Position numbers and translations under genes: made by a program. A stretch of DNA of 64,000 nt from positions 82,626 through 146,625 of IMG/VR virus record IMGVR_UViG_3300036851_000176; one strand, written 5' to 3'. The notes below the pieces were generated by a model that saw nothing but the letters and a program-made list of their open reading frames with translations, did no database searches and was not told where the DNA came from. Shown one piece after another: positions 10,921 through 19,338 of this stretch. Origin of the DNA: a virus. Each line of letters opens with the position of its first letter. The stretch's first letter is position 1.

Positions 10921-11538
10921 TTAGACCTCGTTCGTCACGTCCGTGTCGAAGATCATGAAGTACCGCTGGAGCTGGTCCGGGATGCTGGTGTCGGCCAGTG
11001 CCTTGAAGCGAACTGGCACGGTCTGCTGCTCCCCGGTCTTCGCGTACACGATTGACGACTCCTGCGGAGTGCGCTGTGTCTTCCGGAAAACGTACGCACG
11101 AATGTTTCCGTTCTCCTTCTGGAACAGCACCGCGAGGCGACGCCGCGTGTACGTGAGTGGGTTACCGACACCCATCGTGGTCTGACCCGCTGCCGCGTCT
11201 ACGACAGGAGTCGAACCTTCCCAAGCCAGCGCGAGGTGCTTCAGGCTCATCTCGGCCAGTGCGGTCGAGACTTCACACGTCCAGCCCGTAGGCCGCGAGT
11301 CGATGTCGCCGTAGACCTGGTCCACGTCGAACGTCTCCTCCGTGTTGTTCACGGTGATGGTGATTCCGGTCTTCGTCGCTCCGAGGTCATGCCAAGCAGT
11401 CTTGGCGTTGTAGACCGTCGTATCGATGATGTCCTCGATCTCACTCGGGAACGCCACCGTAGCGCCAGCCCACAAGAAGCGGGCGGCGCCACGGATGAAG
11501 TTGTCCTCGTTGAGCTCTACTCGATGGAAGTCAGTCAT
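10921..11538 (-). CDS. Major tail (tube) protein
   Basis: WHDLGATKTGITITVN...DVDQ and terminal VRFKALAD motifs typical of siphovirus tail tubes. Confidence 0.85.
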   Translation of the reverse strand: MTDFHRVELNEDNFIRGAARFLWAGATVAFPSEIEDIIDTTVYNAKTAWHDLGATKTGITITVNNTEETFDVDQVYGDIDSRPTGWTCEVSTALAEMSLKHLALAWEGSTPVVDAAAGQTTMGVGNPLTYTRRRLAVLFQKENGNIRAYVFRKTQRTPQESSIVYAKTGEQQTVPVRFKALADTSIPDQLQRYFMIFDTDVTNEV

Positions 11539-11551
11539 TCAGACCGCCCCC

Positions 11552-12643
11552 TTACGCGACTGTCGCAGCGATCACTGCGTCCGGGTAGTTCAGGCGCGGG
11601 ATGCGCGCGCTGGACGCCCGAAGGTAGTGAGTCCGCGACATTCCGTCGAGAAGCACCTCGGCCTGGAAGCCCTGGCGATTCTCTGTCTTGTTCCAGTCCG
11701 TCAGGACCATGACCTGGCCGTCCAGGGTCTGCGCGATCGGCACACCCTCGATTGCCAGCGGGCCGAGCACGAGCACCTTGTTGTCGGGCAGGTACTTCGT
11801 GAGCGACGGCCGACCGACGCCAGCCTCGCCCTCTGCTCGGTATCCGTTGTCGTAGATCGTGATGTCCTGGTTGACCGCGAACGACGTGAACATCTCCAGG
11901 ATGTCCTGCTTGCGTGGGCGCTGGATCGGTGCCGCGCCCTGCGCGAAGAAGTTGATCGTGTTGATGATCTTCGTGTTGCGGATCAGGTAGTCGAACGTCT
12001 TCGAGGTCATGTACAGATGGCGCGCGTAGAAGCCCGCGTCGTCTGCCATGAGTTCCGACCACGTCTGGATGTCGGCGACCGGATCGGCCGTCGCGACCTG
12101 ACTCCATCGAGCACCTGCCGTCAGGGTTGGCAGGTGGTCAGCGGCCACGTCGTAGTCCACCTGGAGAGTGTTACCTCCGGGGTACGTGATCGTGAGCTTG
12201 CCGTTGAGCAGCATGTCCCAACGCATCGCCTCTGTGAGGCGCTCGTTGCGGAGCCGGAGAATGCGCCCACGCTCGACCAGTTCGACACCGGCCGACCGCA
12301 GAACGTTCTCGTCGTCGCTCTCGAGCTTCATCCACTCTTCCTCCTCGATGGGGTGGATCTCTTCGAGGATGACGAGTCCGATGATCTTCTCCTGCCACGA
12401 CAGCTCGGGGCTGTACACGGCAGGCGAACCGTCGGGAGCGCGGAACTGCCCAACGCCGAACGGCTTCAGCTCGCGCACGCGCTGCTTGACCGTCCGCGTC
12501 GTGACGCTCTTGTTGGGAGCGAGGGTCTCACCGAGACGAGTCTCGGCATCCTCCGCCGCCCCGGGATCGCGGCCAGCCGCCGGACGAGTGATCTCCTCCG
12601 TCAGCGCTGCCTGATCCCATACGTCAAACACTTGCATAGGCAT
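11552..12643 (-). CDS. Major capsid protein (lambda gpE-like family)
   Basis: 363 aa; EAMRWDMLLNGK, DPVADI and terminal IPRLNYPDAV motifs. Confidence 0.85.
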   Translation of the reverse strand: MPMQVFDVWDQAALTEEITRPAAGRDPGAAEDAETRLGETLAPNKSVTTRTVKQRVRELKPFGVGQFRAPDGSPAVYSPELSWQEKIIGLVILEEIHPIEEEEWMKLESDDENVLRSAGVELVERGRILRLRNERLTEAMRWDMLLNGKLTITYPGGNTLQVDYDVAADHLPTLTAGARWSQVATADPVADIQTWSELMADDAGFYARHLYMTSKTFDYLIRNTKIINTINFFAQGAAPIQRPRKQDILEMFTSFAVNQDITIYDNGYRAEGEAGVGRPSLTKYLPDNKVLVLGPLAIEGVPIAQTLDGQVMVLTDWNKTENRQGFQAEVLLDGMSRTHYLRASSARIPRLNYPDAVIAATVA

Positions 12644-12666
12644 GGTTGTTCACACCTCCTTTCGGG

Positions 12667-13134
12667 TTACGAGAGCGGCGAACCGCTCGGGTCATGTGCG
12701 AGGAACTCGCACGTTGGGAGCGCGGTGGCAGCGCGGGTCACAGCGGGGCTGTTCTCCGACACTTCGACTCCACCTGCGATCTTGAGCTTCGACACGTCGA
12801 ACGAGACCAGACGGTAGAACGCTCCGAAAGGCTCGTCGCCCTCCGTGACGTTCCCTGCAAGGTCCACGTTCTCGATCAGCACGCCGACGATCTCGGCAGC
12901 GCTGTCTCCAGCGGAGTTGTCTCCGCCGTAGGCCGTCACCTTGCCATCCCGTGTCGAGTTGACGAGGATCGTGCCTGCCGGAGCGAAGAAGCGCGAGCCG
13001 TCAGTCGGCGACGCGAACGCACCGTCGTCCGTGGCGTCGAGCACGACGTTCTTGCGAGGCGTGCCCACCGGCGCCGCGAAACGCAGCGGCGAAACGCTGC
13101 CGTAGCTTGCCTTCTTCACGATGTTTGCTGGCAT
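12667..13134 (-). CDS. Head decoration / capsid cement protein
   Basis: PAGTIL...IVGVLIENVD; lies between scaffold and major capsid. Confidence 0.7.
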   Translation of the reverse strand: MPANIVKKASYGSVSPLRFAAPVGTPRKNVVLDATDDGAFASPTDGSRFFAPAGTILVNSTRDGKVTAYGGDNSAGDSAAEIVGVLIENVDLAGNVTEGDEPFGAFYRLVSFDVSKLKIAGGVEVSENSPAVTRAATALPTCEFLAHDPSGSPLS

Positions 13135-13154
13135 TTGGACTTACCTCCTTTCGA

Positions 13155-15764
13155 TTACTCGGACTTCTTCTCTGCCTTCGCCTCGGCCTCGGCCTTGGCG
13201 ACAGCCTCGTCGGACGACAGGCCCTCCTCCAGGAAGAGCTGGCGTGCCCGACGCTGAACGTCAGCCGAAAGTTCGACCTCTTCGGTCGTCTCCTCGGGCT
13301 TCGTTCCCTCGGTCGTGTCCTTGTCCGTGACCTGCTTGTCTTCCAGGTTCACGGCCCCACTGAGATCGACGAGAGCCTCGACCACATCGGACAGCGTGAG
13401 TCCGGTCGTCTTGGACTTCGGATCGTCGGAGAGCGTGATCTTGCCCTCGGACTTCGATCCCGGAACCTCGGCGATCACCGTTCCGTCGTCGGCGAGCATG
13501 AACGCCTCGGCCGCTGCGAGAATGGCAGGAGCCTTCTTCTCCTCTGCCCACTCGCTCAGCTTCGCCTCCACCTTCGCCTTCTTCTGGGACTCCTTGAGCG
13601 CCTCGCGCTCTTCCAGAGCCGCGCGGATCTCGTCCTCCGAGAGTCCGAACGTCTCCACGTAGTCCACCGTTGCTTCGTCTGGCATTTCGTTACCTCCCTC
13701 CGATGCAGTCGATGTCACCTCCTGACTCAGTAGAACCAGAAGGTTCTCGCGGGTCAGTCTTGCGTCGCTCATGTTCACCTTGACGCCGTACTTCTTCAGC
13801 GCGGCGCGGATGCGAGCCTTGATCTTGCTGAGTTGCCCGCTGCTGTACTGCGCAGCGTTCTGTGCCTGGTTGATGTACGACCAGGCGGCTCGACAGTGCT
13901 GCTCGGTGTCGAGCGGGTATCGCTTCTTGCCGTCCTTCTGGTAACCGGGGTCGGCGTACTTCACGTCGCCGTACGGTTTCTTCGGGTCGGCGGCGAGATC
14001 AGCCTTCTCTTCGGATTCCTCGGTCTCCTCAGCAGCGGCCTCTTCCTCTGCTTCGGTCACCTCAGTCTCCTCAGCGACAACTTCCTCGCCCTCCGGGGCC
14101 TTCTCTTCGTCAGAGAGTTCGACATCCGCCTTACCCTCAGCGGCCCCGTCGTCCGTCTTCTCGACCTCCTTCTCCTCGGGCTTCTCTTCGGCGAGCATCG
14201 CCTCCAATTCCTCGTCGGAGATTTCGGTCACTTCCTCTGAGAACGTCACGACTGTCTTCACCTCCTCATCAGTTGCGGCCATACCGAAGGGCTTCATCCC
14301 ACTCAGCCACGGCCGGTTCGTGAGCGCGACGTGTTCGAGCACGGCGTTGAAACGCTTGCCGTCTTCCTTACGCGGGTAGTCGAAGAGGACTCCTGCGCTG
14401 GTGTTGGCGATCGTTCCGTTCTGTGCCTTGCCCTTCACGTCAGGCTCCGTGAAGTCATGCGCCGCCTGAAGCGTCACACGACCCTTTCCATCCTTCTTGA
14501 GCCGCAGCCCTCGGATGAAACCTGTATTTTCGAGAACTTTGTTGTCGTGCGATGTCGGGATCGTGACATGCTCAACCGCCCCGTCCTCGTAATTCTTGAG
14601 CAACTCGCTCATCGAGATGACGAGCTTCGCGGGATCAGACTTGCCCTTCGCAATTACCGTGATCGGCTTCGAAACCGGGCGCTGTCCAGGGCCAGGAGAC
14701 AACTTCCACCTGCCCTCGCGCATGATCGTCTTCCAGATGTACCCATCCTTGTCCGCAGCGAGTTCGATTTCTCCGCGCGCGGTCTTATCATCGAAGAAGA
14801 ACTCTCCCATCCATGGCTCGTCGTCCGACAGGCTCATTCCCATCGCGCGTGCCGGGTGGGGAGCCTTGTCGAGCGCCTTGTCCGCTCGATCCTTGGCAAT
14901 GAGACCGTGGATGCGGCGGAAAATGTCCTTCATCTCGAACCGATCGCTGTCATCGGTCTCGACCTTCAAGTAGGACAAAGCCGCGTCGGCGACGTGCTGA
15001 AGGATCTGGATGTTCGTCTCGGCAGCGAGATTCACACGCTCGGCAGATTCGGAGAGCAGCGTTTCGACCTTCTCCTCGTCGAGCGACTCGACGAACTTTG
15101 CGAGGTCGGTGTACTCCTCTTCTGTCCAGTCGAAATATTCGCTCAGAACAACCGGCTTCATCTTGGACTCCGCCTCCGCGCTCTTGCGCCAAGCGGTCGA
15201 GTGGTAGATGAGATCCTTGATGATTCCGGCATACCGCTGAGCATTCTCCTCTCCGAACTCTTCCTTGTAGTCGGCGAAGCACTGAGCAAATGGGTGCGAG
15301 AACTTAGCGTAGTAACGGAGCAGCGGGAGCAATTTCTGGTAGTCCTCCGCGCTCACGTTCGCCGTTCCGGGACTGAAGCCGCCCTGGAGGTTCTCGGCGC
15401 TGTACTTCTGGAAGTCTTCATCGCTCAGATCCACTTCGAGAGACACGATCGGGTCTTCGATCTCCGAGAGGCGGGCCTTTGCCGCGCGACTTGCTGCGGC
15501 CTTCGCCTTCAGCGCCTCCCACTCAGCGACAGCCTTGAGTGCCGCCGCGCGAGTCTCGGGCTTGACGTTTCCTCCGCCGCGCGCCCATCGCTTCACGGTG
15601 TTGATCGCCGTAGCGATGGCTCGCGATTCCGTCATACCCTTCTTCTTCAGCTCGTTGGCGATGTGCTGAATGTAGGCAGGAAGTTGCCAACCTTTGTGCT
15701 TCCACAGGGGCTTGGTGCCTACTGGCTCGTGGATCGTGGCTTTGGCGAGACTGCCTACTGCCAT
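13155..15764 (-). CDS. Capsid maturation protease / scaffold fusion protein
   Basis: Mu gpI-like motif LEHVALTNRPWLSGMKP; acidic linker; YADPGYQKDGKKRYPLDTEQHCRAAWSYINQ (DUF6582-like); acidic scaffold C-terminus; RBS GGAGG before ATG 15764. Confidence 0.75.
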   Translation of the reverse strand: MAVGSLAKATIHEPVGTKPLWKHKGWQLPAYIQHIANELKKKGMTESRAIATAINTVKRWARGGGNVKPETRAAALKAVAEWEALKAKAAASRAAKARLSEIEDPIVSLEVDLSDEDFQKYSAENLQGGFSPGTANVSAEDYQKLLPLLRYYAKFSHPFAQCFADYKEEFGEENAQRYAGIIKDLIYHSTAWRKSAEAESKMKPVVLSEYFDWTEEEYTDLAKFVESLDEEKVETLLSESAERVNLAAETNIQILQHVADAALSYLKVETDDSDRFEMKDIFRRIHGLIAKDRADKALDKAPHPARAMGMSLSDDEPWMGEFFFDDKTARGEIELAADKDGYIWKTIMREGRWKLSPGPGQRPVSKPITVIAKGKSDPAKLVISMSELLKNYEDGAVEHVTIPTSHDNKVLENTGFIRGLRLKKDGKGRVTLQAAHDFTEPDVKGKAQNGTIANTSAGVLFDYPRKEDGKRFNAVLEHVALTNRPWLSGMKPFGMAATDEEVKTVVTFSEEVTEISDEELEAMLAEEKPEEKEVEKTDDGAAEGKADVELSDEEKAPEGEEVVAEETEVTEAEEEAAAEETEESEEKADLAADPKKPYGDVKYADPGYQKDGKKRYPLDTEQHCRAAWSYINQAQNAAQYSSGQLSKIKARIRAALKKYGVKVNMSDARLTRENLLVLLSQEVTSTASEGGNEMPDEATVDYVETFGLSEDEIRAALEEREALKESQKKAKVEAKLSEWAEEKKAPAILAAAEAFMLADDGTVIAEVPGSKSEGKITLSDDPKSKTTGLTLSDVVEALVDLSGAVNLEDKQVTDKDTTEGTKPEETTEEVELSADVQRRARQLFLEEGLSSDEAVAKAEAEAKAEKKSE

Positions 15765-15949
15765 CAGAGCGCCTCCCTTCCTAGGAGCCATTCCTTGATG
15801 ATCTCTTCATCGATGCAAGGCGCAAACTGCCAACGACAGTGTGGGCACTTGTAGATGGGAGTTGTCTCCCTCGCGTATTCTTCGATCATTCGCATGCGGG
15901 TGTACTGAAGAACATCGTGCTGCTGCTTGCATCGAGGGCAGCGCATCAT
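15764..15949 (-). CDS. Small zinc-ribbon protein
   Basis: CPRC...CPHC; stop overlaps the protease start. Confidence 0.6.
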   Translation of the reverse strand: MMRCPRCKQQHDVLQYTRMRMIEEYARETTPIYKCPHCRWQFAPCIDEEIIKEWLLGREAL

Positions 15950-16130
15950 TCGCCCTTCGATCAGTGGGCGGCGGGGGCGTGCTGGTGACTGGCCGTCCGT
16001 CGCCACTAGCCCAATGTAACCATTAGAGGGTATTTCTGGCTGGATTTGGCAAGGGTTCGCGCAGGTAACAGACAGTTTCCTGCTTATCTTGTCAACCCGG
16101 ACAATTTCACCTACGATTCGAAGTGGTAAA

Positions 16131-16484
16131 ATGATCGACGTGCCCCCTAAGGATCTGACGCGATGCCGCAAAGGTCATCGCAAGGCTCAAACAAGCGGTC
16201 GGTGTCGTCAGTGCAAGCGAGAAGCCGACCTTCGCTATCGCCATTCCGAGAAAGGTAGGGCGCAGAGGGCTGTCTACGAACAAAGCGAGACGGGGAAGAC
16301 TCGCAAGGCTCGTTTTCGATCTACCGAGACCAATGCCGTCATCCAGTCCCGGTACAGTCATTCCGAGAAAGGGCATGCTCGCAGGGCGCGCTACCAACAC
16401 AGCGATAAGGGACACGCGACGGCAAGCAGATTTCAACAGTCTGAGCGGGGGCGAAACATCGCCGCTCGAAATCGACACAAGTAA
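16131..16484 (+). CDS. Basic Zn-finger protein with RYxxSEKG repeats
   Basis: CRKGH...CRQC followed by about six (Y/F)xxS(E/D)KG-like repeats. Confidence 0.6.
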   Translation: MIDVPPKDLTRCRKGHRKAQTSGRCRQCKREADLRYRHSEKGRAQRAVYEQSETGKTRKARFRSTETNAVIQSRYSHSEKGHARRARYQHSDKGHATASRFQQSERGRNIAARNRHK

Positions 16485-16493
16485 GGAGGTCTA

Positions 16494-17618
16494 GTGGCTG
16501 AAACAAGACAGTGCGGTAAGTGTCGAGAAGACAAGCCCGTGACCGACTTCGACGACACGCGAGTGTCCAACGGAGTCAGTCGCAAGTGTGAGGCTTGCTA
16601 CGAAGCAGAGGGCAGAGGCCGACGACCGAACGTCGCCGAGCCAAGCGAGATCGAGAAGTCAACTCTCGAAGCCCTCAAGAAGCTGGGAGATACGGCGTCA
16701 ATCGAAGAGATCGCCGACTACGCCGACATCGCGCCGAAGCGAGTGCGCGAGGCTCTGGAATCCCTTGGGCATCAAGGATTCCGTCTGGAGCACGAGGGAG
16801 ATCACAAGGTTACCCTCCAGAAAGTCCCCCGACCGAGCACCATGGAGCACAAGGTGCTGTTCAAGGGCGAGACCTATCGGTTCGCCATCATCTCCGACGT
16901 ACACCTCAACTCGAAGCACTGCCGACTCGATGAACTCCACATCGCGTATGACATGGTGGCCTCCGAAGGAATCTCCGACGTGTACAACCCGGGAGACATC
17001 GTGGCCGGTCGCGGCATCTTCAAGGGCCAGGACCACGAGATCATCAACCACACGTTCGAGGCACAGAAATCGTTTGCGATCGAGAACTACCCGGTGCGTG
17101 ATGGGGTCACGACCTACATCATCTCCGGGAACCACGACTGCGAAGGCGACTTCGGCAAGGCCGGAGCCGATGCCTGCCTCGGAGTGGCAAACGAGCGCGA
17201 GGACCTGATCTGGGGCGGAATGTATGCCGCCGACTATGTTCTCCCGAACGGAGCCGTGATGACGATGCGGCACCCGATGGGCGGATCGTCCTACGCGAAG
17301 TCGTACAAACCTCAGAAGTTCGCTGAATCGTTCGAGGGCGGCACGAAGCCCGCGATCGTCCTCTTCGGCCACTGGCACAACTTCGAGGTCGGTTTCCACC
17401 GCAACGTGTACATGATCAACTGCGGCACCTTCGAGGGATACGGCGGGACCTTGGGTCTCCGCGTTCCTCTCGGAGCGCCCGCTGTCGGCTTCACGATCGC
17501 CGAAGCAACTCTCGGCGATGACGGATCACTCGTCCGCTTCAAGCACGAGTGGTTCCCGTTCTACGCGGGCCGACGCATGGGCAAAGGAAAGAGCCGTTCC
17601 GGCCGCAAGGCTGCGTAG
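16494..17618 (+). CDS. Zn-finger / HTH / calcineurin-like metallophosphoesterase
   Basis: SDVH, GDIVAG, GNHD, GHWH motifs; N-terminal CxxC pairs and a winged HTH. Confidence 0.85.
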   Translation: MAETRQCGKCREDKPVTDFDDTRVSNGVSRKCEACYEAEGRGRRPNVAEPSEIEKSTLEALKKLGDTASIEEIADYADIAPKRVREALESLGHQGFRLEHEGDHKVTLQKVPRPSTMEHKVLFKGETYRFAIISDVHLNSKHCRLDELHIAYDMVASEGISDVYNPGDIVAGRGIFKGQDHEIINHTFEAQKSFAIENYPVRDGVTTYIISGNHDCEGDFGKAGADACLGVANEREDLIWGGMYAADYVLPNGAVMTMRHPMGGSSYAKSYKPQKFAESFEGGTKPAIVLFGHWHNFEVGFHRNVYMINCGTFEGYGGTLGLRVPLGAPAVGFTIAEATLGDDGSLVRFKHEWFPFYAGRRMGKGKSRSGRKAA

Positions 17619-18016
17619 TGGGCGGTCTATCCATCCCCGACCGGATTCTCAGTGAGGATGCCACCGAAAGGTGGTGTCCTTGCTGTGAGACCTGGAAGTT
17701 GATGGACCGCCAGCACTTCTATGTCGCCTCGAACACGAAAGCAGGATTTCGTCGGACGTGCAAGGCGTGCCAGAAATTGAAAGATGCACGCAATCGACAT
17801 CTCGAATACAACGGGTATGTCTACATGAATAGAGTCCGGCCGTGGCTGCGCGCTCTCGTCGAGAAACTCGGCTTCACCGGTGCAGCCGAAGCCCTCGGCG
17901 TCTGGAAAGGCCAATTGGCCGGATGGATGAGCAAGCGCCGCAGACGTATCCAGCGGCGCAACGCGGCCCGCATTCTCCGCGTGTGCGGAGAGCATGGGAT
18001 TCGCATCGCTGTTTAG
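17618..18016 (+). CDS. Zn-finger plus HTH DNA-binding protein
   Basis: WCPCC...CKAC and AAEALGVWKGQLAGW; GTG overlaps the previous stop. Confidence 0.6.
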   Translation: MGGLSIPDRILSEDATERWCPCCETWKLMDRQHFYVASNTKAGFRRTCKACQKLKDARNRHLEYNGYVYMNRVRPWLRALVEKLGFTGAAEALGVWKGQLAGWMSKRRRRIQRRNAARILRVCGEHGIRIAV

Positions 18017-18088
18017 GCTGGCACGGAAGGAATCGAACCTTCATCACTCGGTTAACAGCCGAGGGTTTTACCGTTAAACTACACGCCA
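18016..18088 (-). tRNA. tRNA-Asn(GTT)
   Basis: Cloverleaf; anticodon arm CTCGG-CTGTTAA-CCGAG; TTCGATT T-loop. Confidence 0.92.
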
Positions 18089-18178
18089 TCGATTTACTGC
18101 TGTCGCAGTAGTTATTTCGTCAAACCGGCCAATTCCCTGGTCCAGGAAATTAGCCTTCGTGCAACGTTTCCGTTCAAA

Positions 18179-18254
18179 TGGGGGGTCGCCAGGGACTTGC
18201 ACCCTGCTCAACCAGAGTCACAGTCTGGGATCTCGCTGCCTAGATTTACGACCC
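18179..18254 (-). tRNA. tRNA-His(GTG)
   Basis: CCAGA-CTGTGAC-TCTGG; C73 and encoded CCA; T-loop TGCAAGT. Confidence 0.88.
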
Positions 18255-18256
18255 AG

Positions 18257-18325
18257 CTGGAGAGGCAGGGGTCGAACCTGCGCTACGAGGTTCAGAGCCT
18301 CGCTGTCTACCATTAACACCCTCCA
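18257..18325 (-). tRNA. tRNA-Gln(CTG), compact D-arm
   Basis: CGAGG-CTCTGAA-CCTCG; TTCGACC T-loop. Confidence 0.85.
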
Positions 18326-18329
18326 ATGT

Positions 18330-18416
18330 AGGGAGACCACTCGCTTCCCACCCCGGCTTGGAGACCCCGGTTTGATGGGGGTTTATCCTCACGGGCCTTA
18401 GCCTTGTCCGTCTCCC
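18330..18416 (-). ncRNA. Unidentified structured RNA within the tRNA operon
   Basis: Closed by the 7-bp stem GGGAGAC/GTCTCCC; starts 2 nt after tRNA-Phe. Confidence 0.5.
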
Positions 18417-18418
18417 AG

Positions 18419-18489
18419 TGGACCGAGAAGGAGTTGAACCTTCACCTCCCGCGCTTCAAGCGGGCGCTCTACCTCTGAGCTACCAGTCC
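18419..18489 (-). tRNA. tRNA-Phe(GAA)
   Basis: CCCGC-TTGAAGC-GCGGG; canonical D and T arms. Confidence 0.92.
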
Positions 18490-18501
18490 ATGTCTTGCTA
18501 G

Positions 18502-18570
18502 CGGGCCAGGAAGGAATCGAACCCTCTCCTAACGGGTTGGAGCCGTTTTGGACACCATGTCCTCTCGCCC
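18502..18570 (-). tRNA. tRNA-Trp(CCA), compact D-arm
   Basis: AACGG-CTCCAAC-CCGTT; G73. Confidence 0.87.
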
Positions 18571-18637
18571 AAGTTGGACGATCGTGCGCACCGGGGGAAT
18601 GCTCTTATCACCGGTGCCCAGTGCGCGCGTCGTCCGA

Positions 18638-18710
18638 TCAGGCTGAGAGGATTCGAACCTCTACCGCTCGCTCCCAAAGCGACCGTGCTGCCGTTGAACA
18701 CTACAGCCTG
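18638..18710 (-). tRNA. tRNA-Pro(TGG)
   Basis: TCGC-TTTGGGA-GCGA; C1-G72, A73. Confidence 0.92.
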
Positions 18711-18783
18711 TTGTGACTGTCTTCGCGGCTCGAACTTCGGTGCTTATGTGATGGTGCTTGAAGAGAGACGCGCAGACAGCGAA

Positions 18784-18846
18784 TTAGACCCCTGGAAACC
18801 AGGGGGTATTCGGCTGATGCTGTTGCGATGTCATCTCGATCTTCAT
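18784..18846 (-). CDS. Putative leader peptide of the Pro-Trp-Phe-Gln-His-Asn tRNA operon (MKIEMTSQQHQPNTPWFPGV)
   Basis: Starts 10 nt after the -10 box; 10 of 11 consecutive codons are Q/H/P/N/W/F; hairpin at 18789-18805. Confidence 0.8.
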   Translation of the reverse strand: MKIEMTSQQHQPNTPWFPGV

Positions 18847-18856
18847 TGCGCCACCA

Positions 18857-18885
18857 ACGTTACATGAATGGTCGTGGTCTGTCAA
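18857..18885 (-). promoter_or_regulatory. Sigma70-type promoter of tRNA operon D
   Basis: TTGACA-17 nt-TAACGT. Confidence 0.8.
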
Positions 18886-19042
18886 GCCGAGGCCGCTTGC
18901 TCAACCGCCAGTTTCCCAAGCGGCTCAGCGAAGCGGCCCAACACAAGGCCGATATTCCCAGTCGCCGCTGACACGGCTCCTGACTGCCTCGGATCCGGTG
19001 TCAGCCGGAGAGCCGAGCGGGCGCTTGCGCCTCGGACACGCT

Positions 19043-19243
19043 TCAAACGTCTGGCATCGAGAGGAAGTCCTGGTAACTCTCCTGCATGTCGGCCAAGCGT
19101 TCCTCGAAAAACTCCCGAATCTCTTCTTCGCTGGCGCGAGGGATCAGAGCAGCAAGGGCATGGTTCATCTCGTCCGCTGCGTACTCTCGTGTTCTGTCGG
19201 GGATCTTCATGATGTGGGGTGGCAGACTATTTGAACGGCTCAT
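19043..19243 (-). CDS. Hypothetical protein (66 aa)
   Basis: RBS GGAGG; lies downstream of the tmRNA. Confidence 0.6.
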   Translation of the reverse strand: MSRSNSLPPHIMKIPDRTREYAADEMNHALAALIPRASEEEIREFFEERLADMQESYQDFLSMPDV

Positions 19244-19338
19244 GTGATGCCTCCGCTTAGCGGCCTGCCAGCGACCTTACGCACTGGTTCTGTTCCCACG
19301 CCAGCGTGCGCCCCGCGCGGCCCCGAAGGGCATTTCAG

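Noticed and set aside
11426-15854. Long plus-strand ORFs 11426-12817 and 14331-15854
   Set aside because: Antisense shadows of the capsid and protease genes caused by high-GC codon bias.
16131-18016. Homing endonucleases
   Set aside because: Zn-finger segments are present but no HNH, GIY-YIG or LAGLIDADG catalytic motif is visible.
18330-18416. HDV-like (theta) ribozyme after tRNA-Phe
   Set aside because: I could not build P1.1/P2/P3 or the catalytic J4/2 strand by eye; kept as an unknown RNA.
18419-18489. Selenocysteine or opal-suppressor tRNA (TTCA visible on the plus strand)
   Set aside because: The gene is on the minus strand and the loop TTGAAGC gives anticodon GAA (Phe). No suppressor anticodons were found and ORFs use standard stops.
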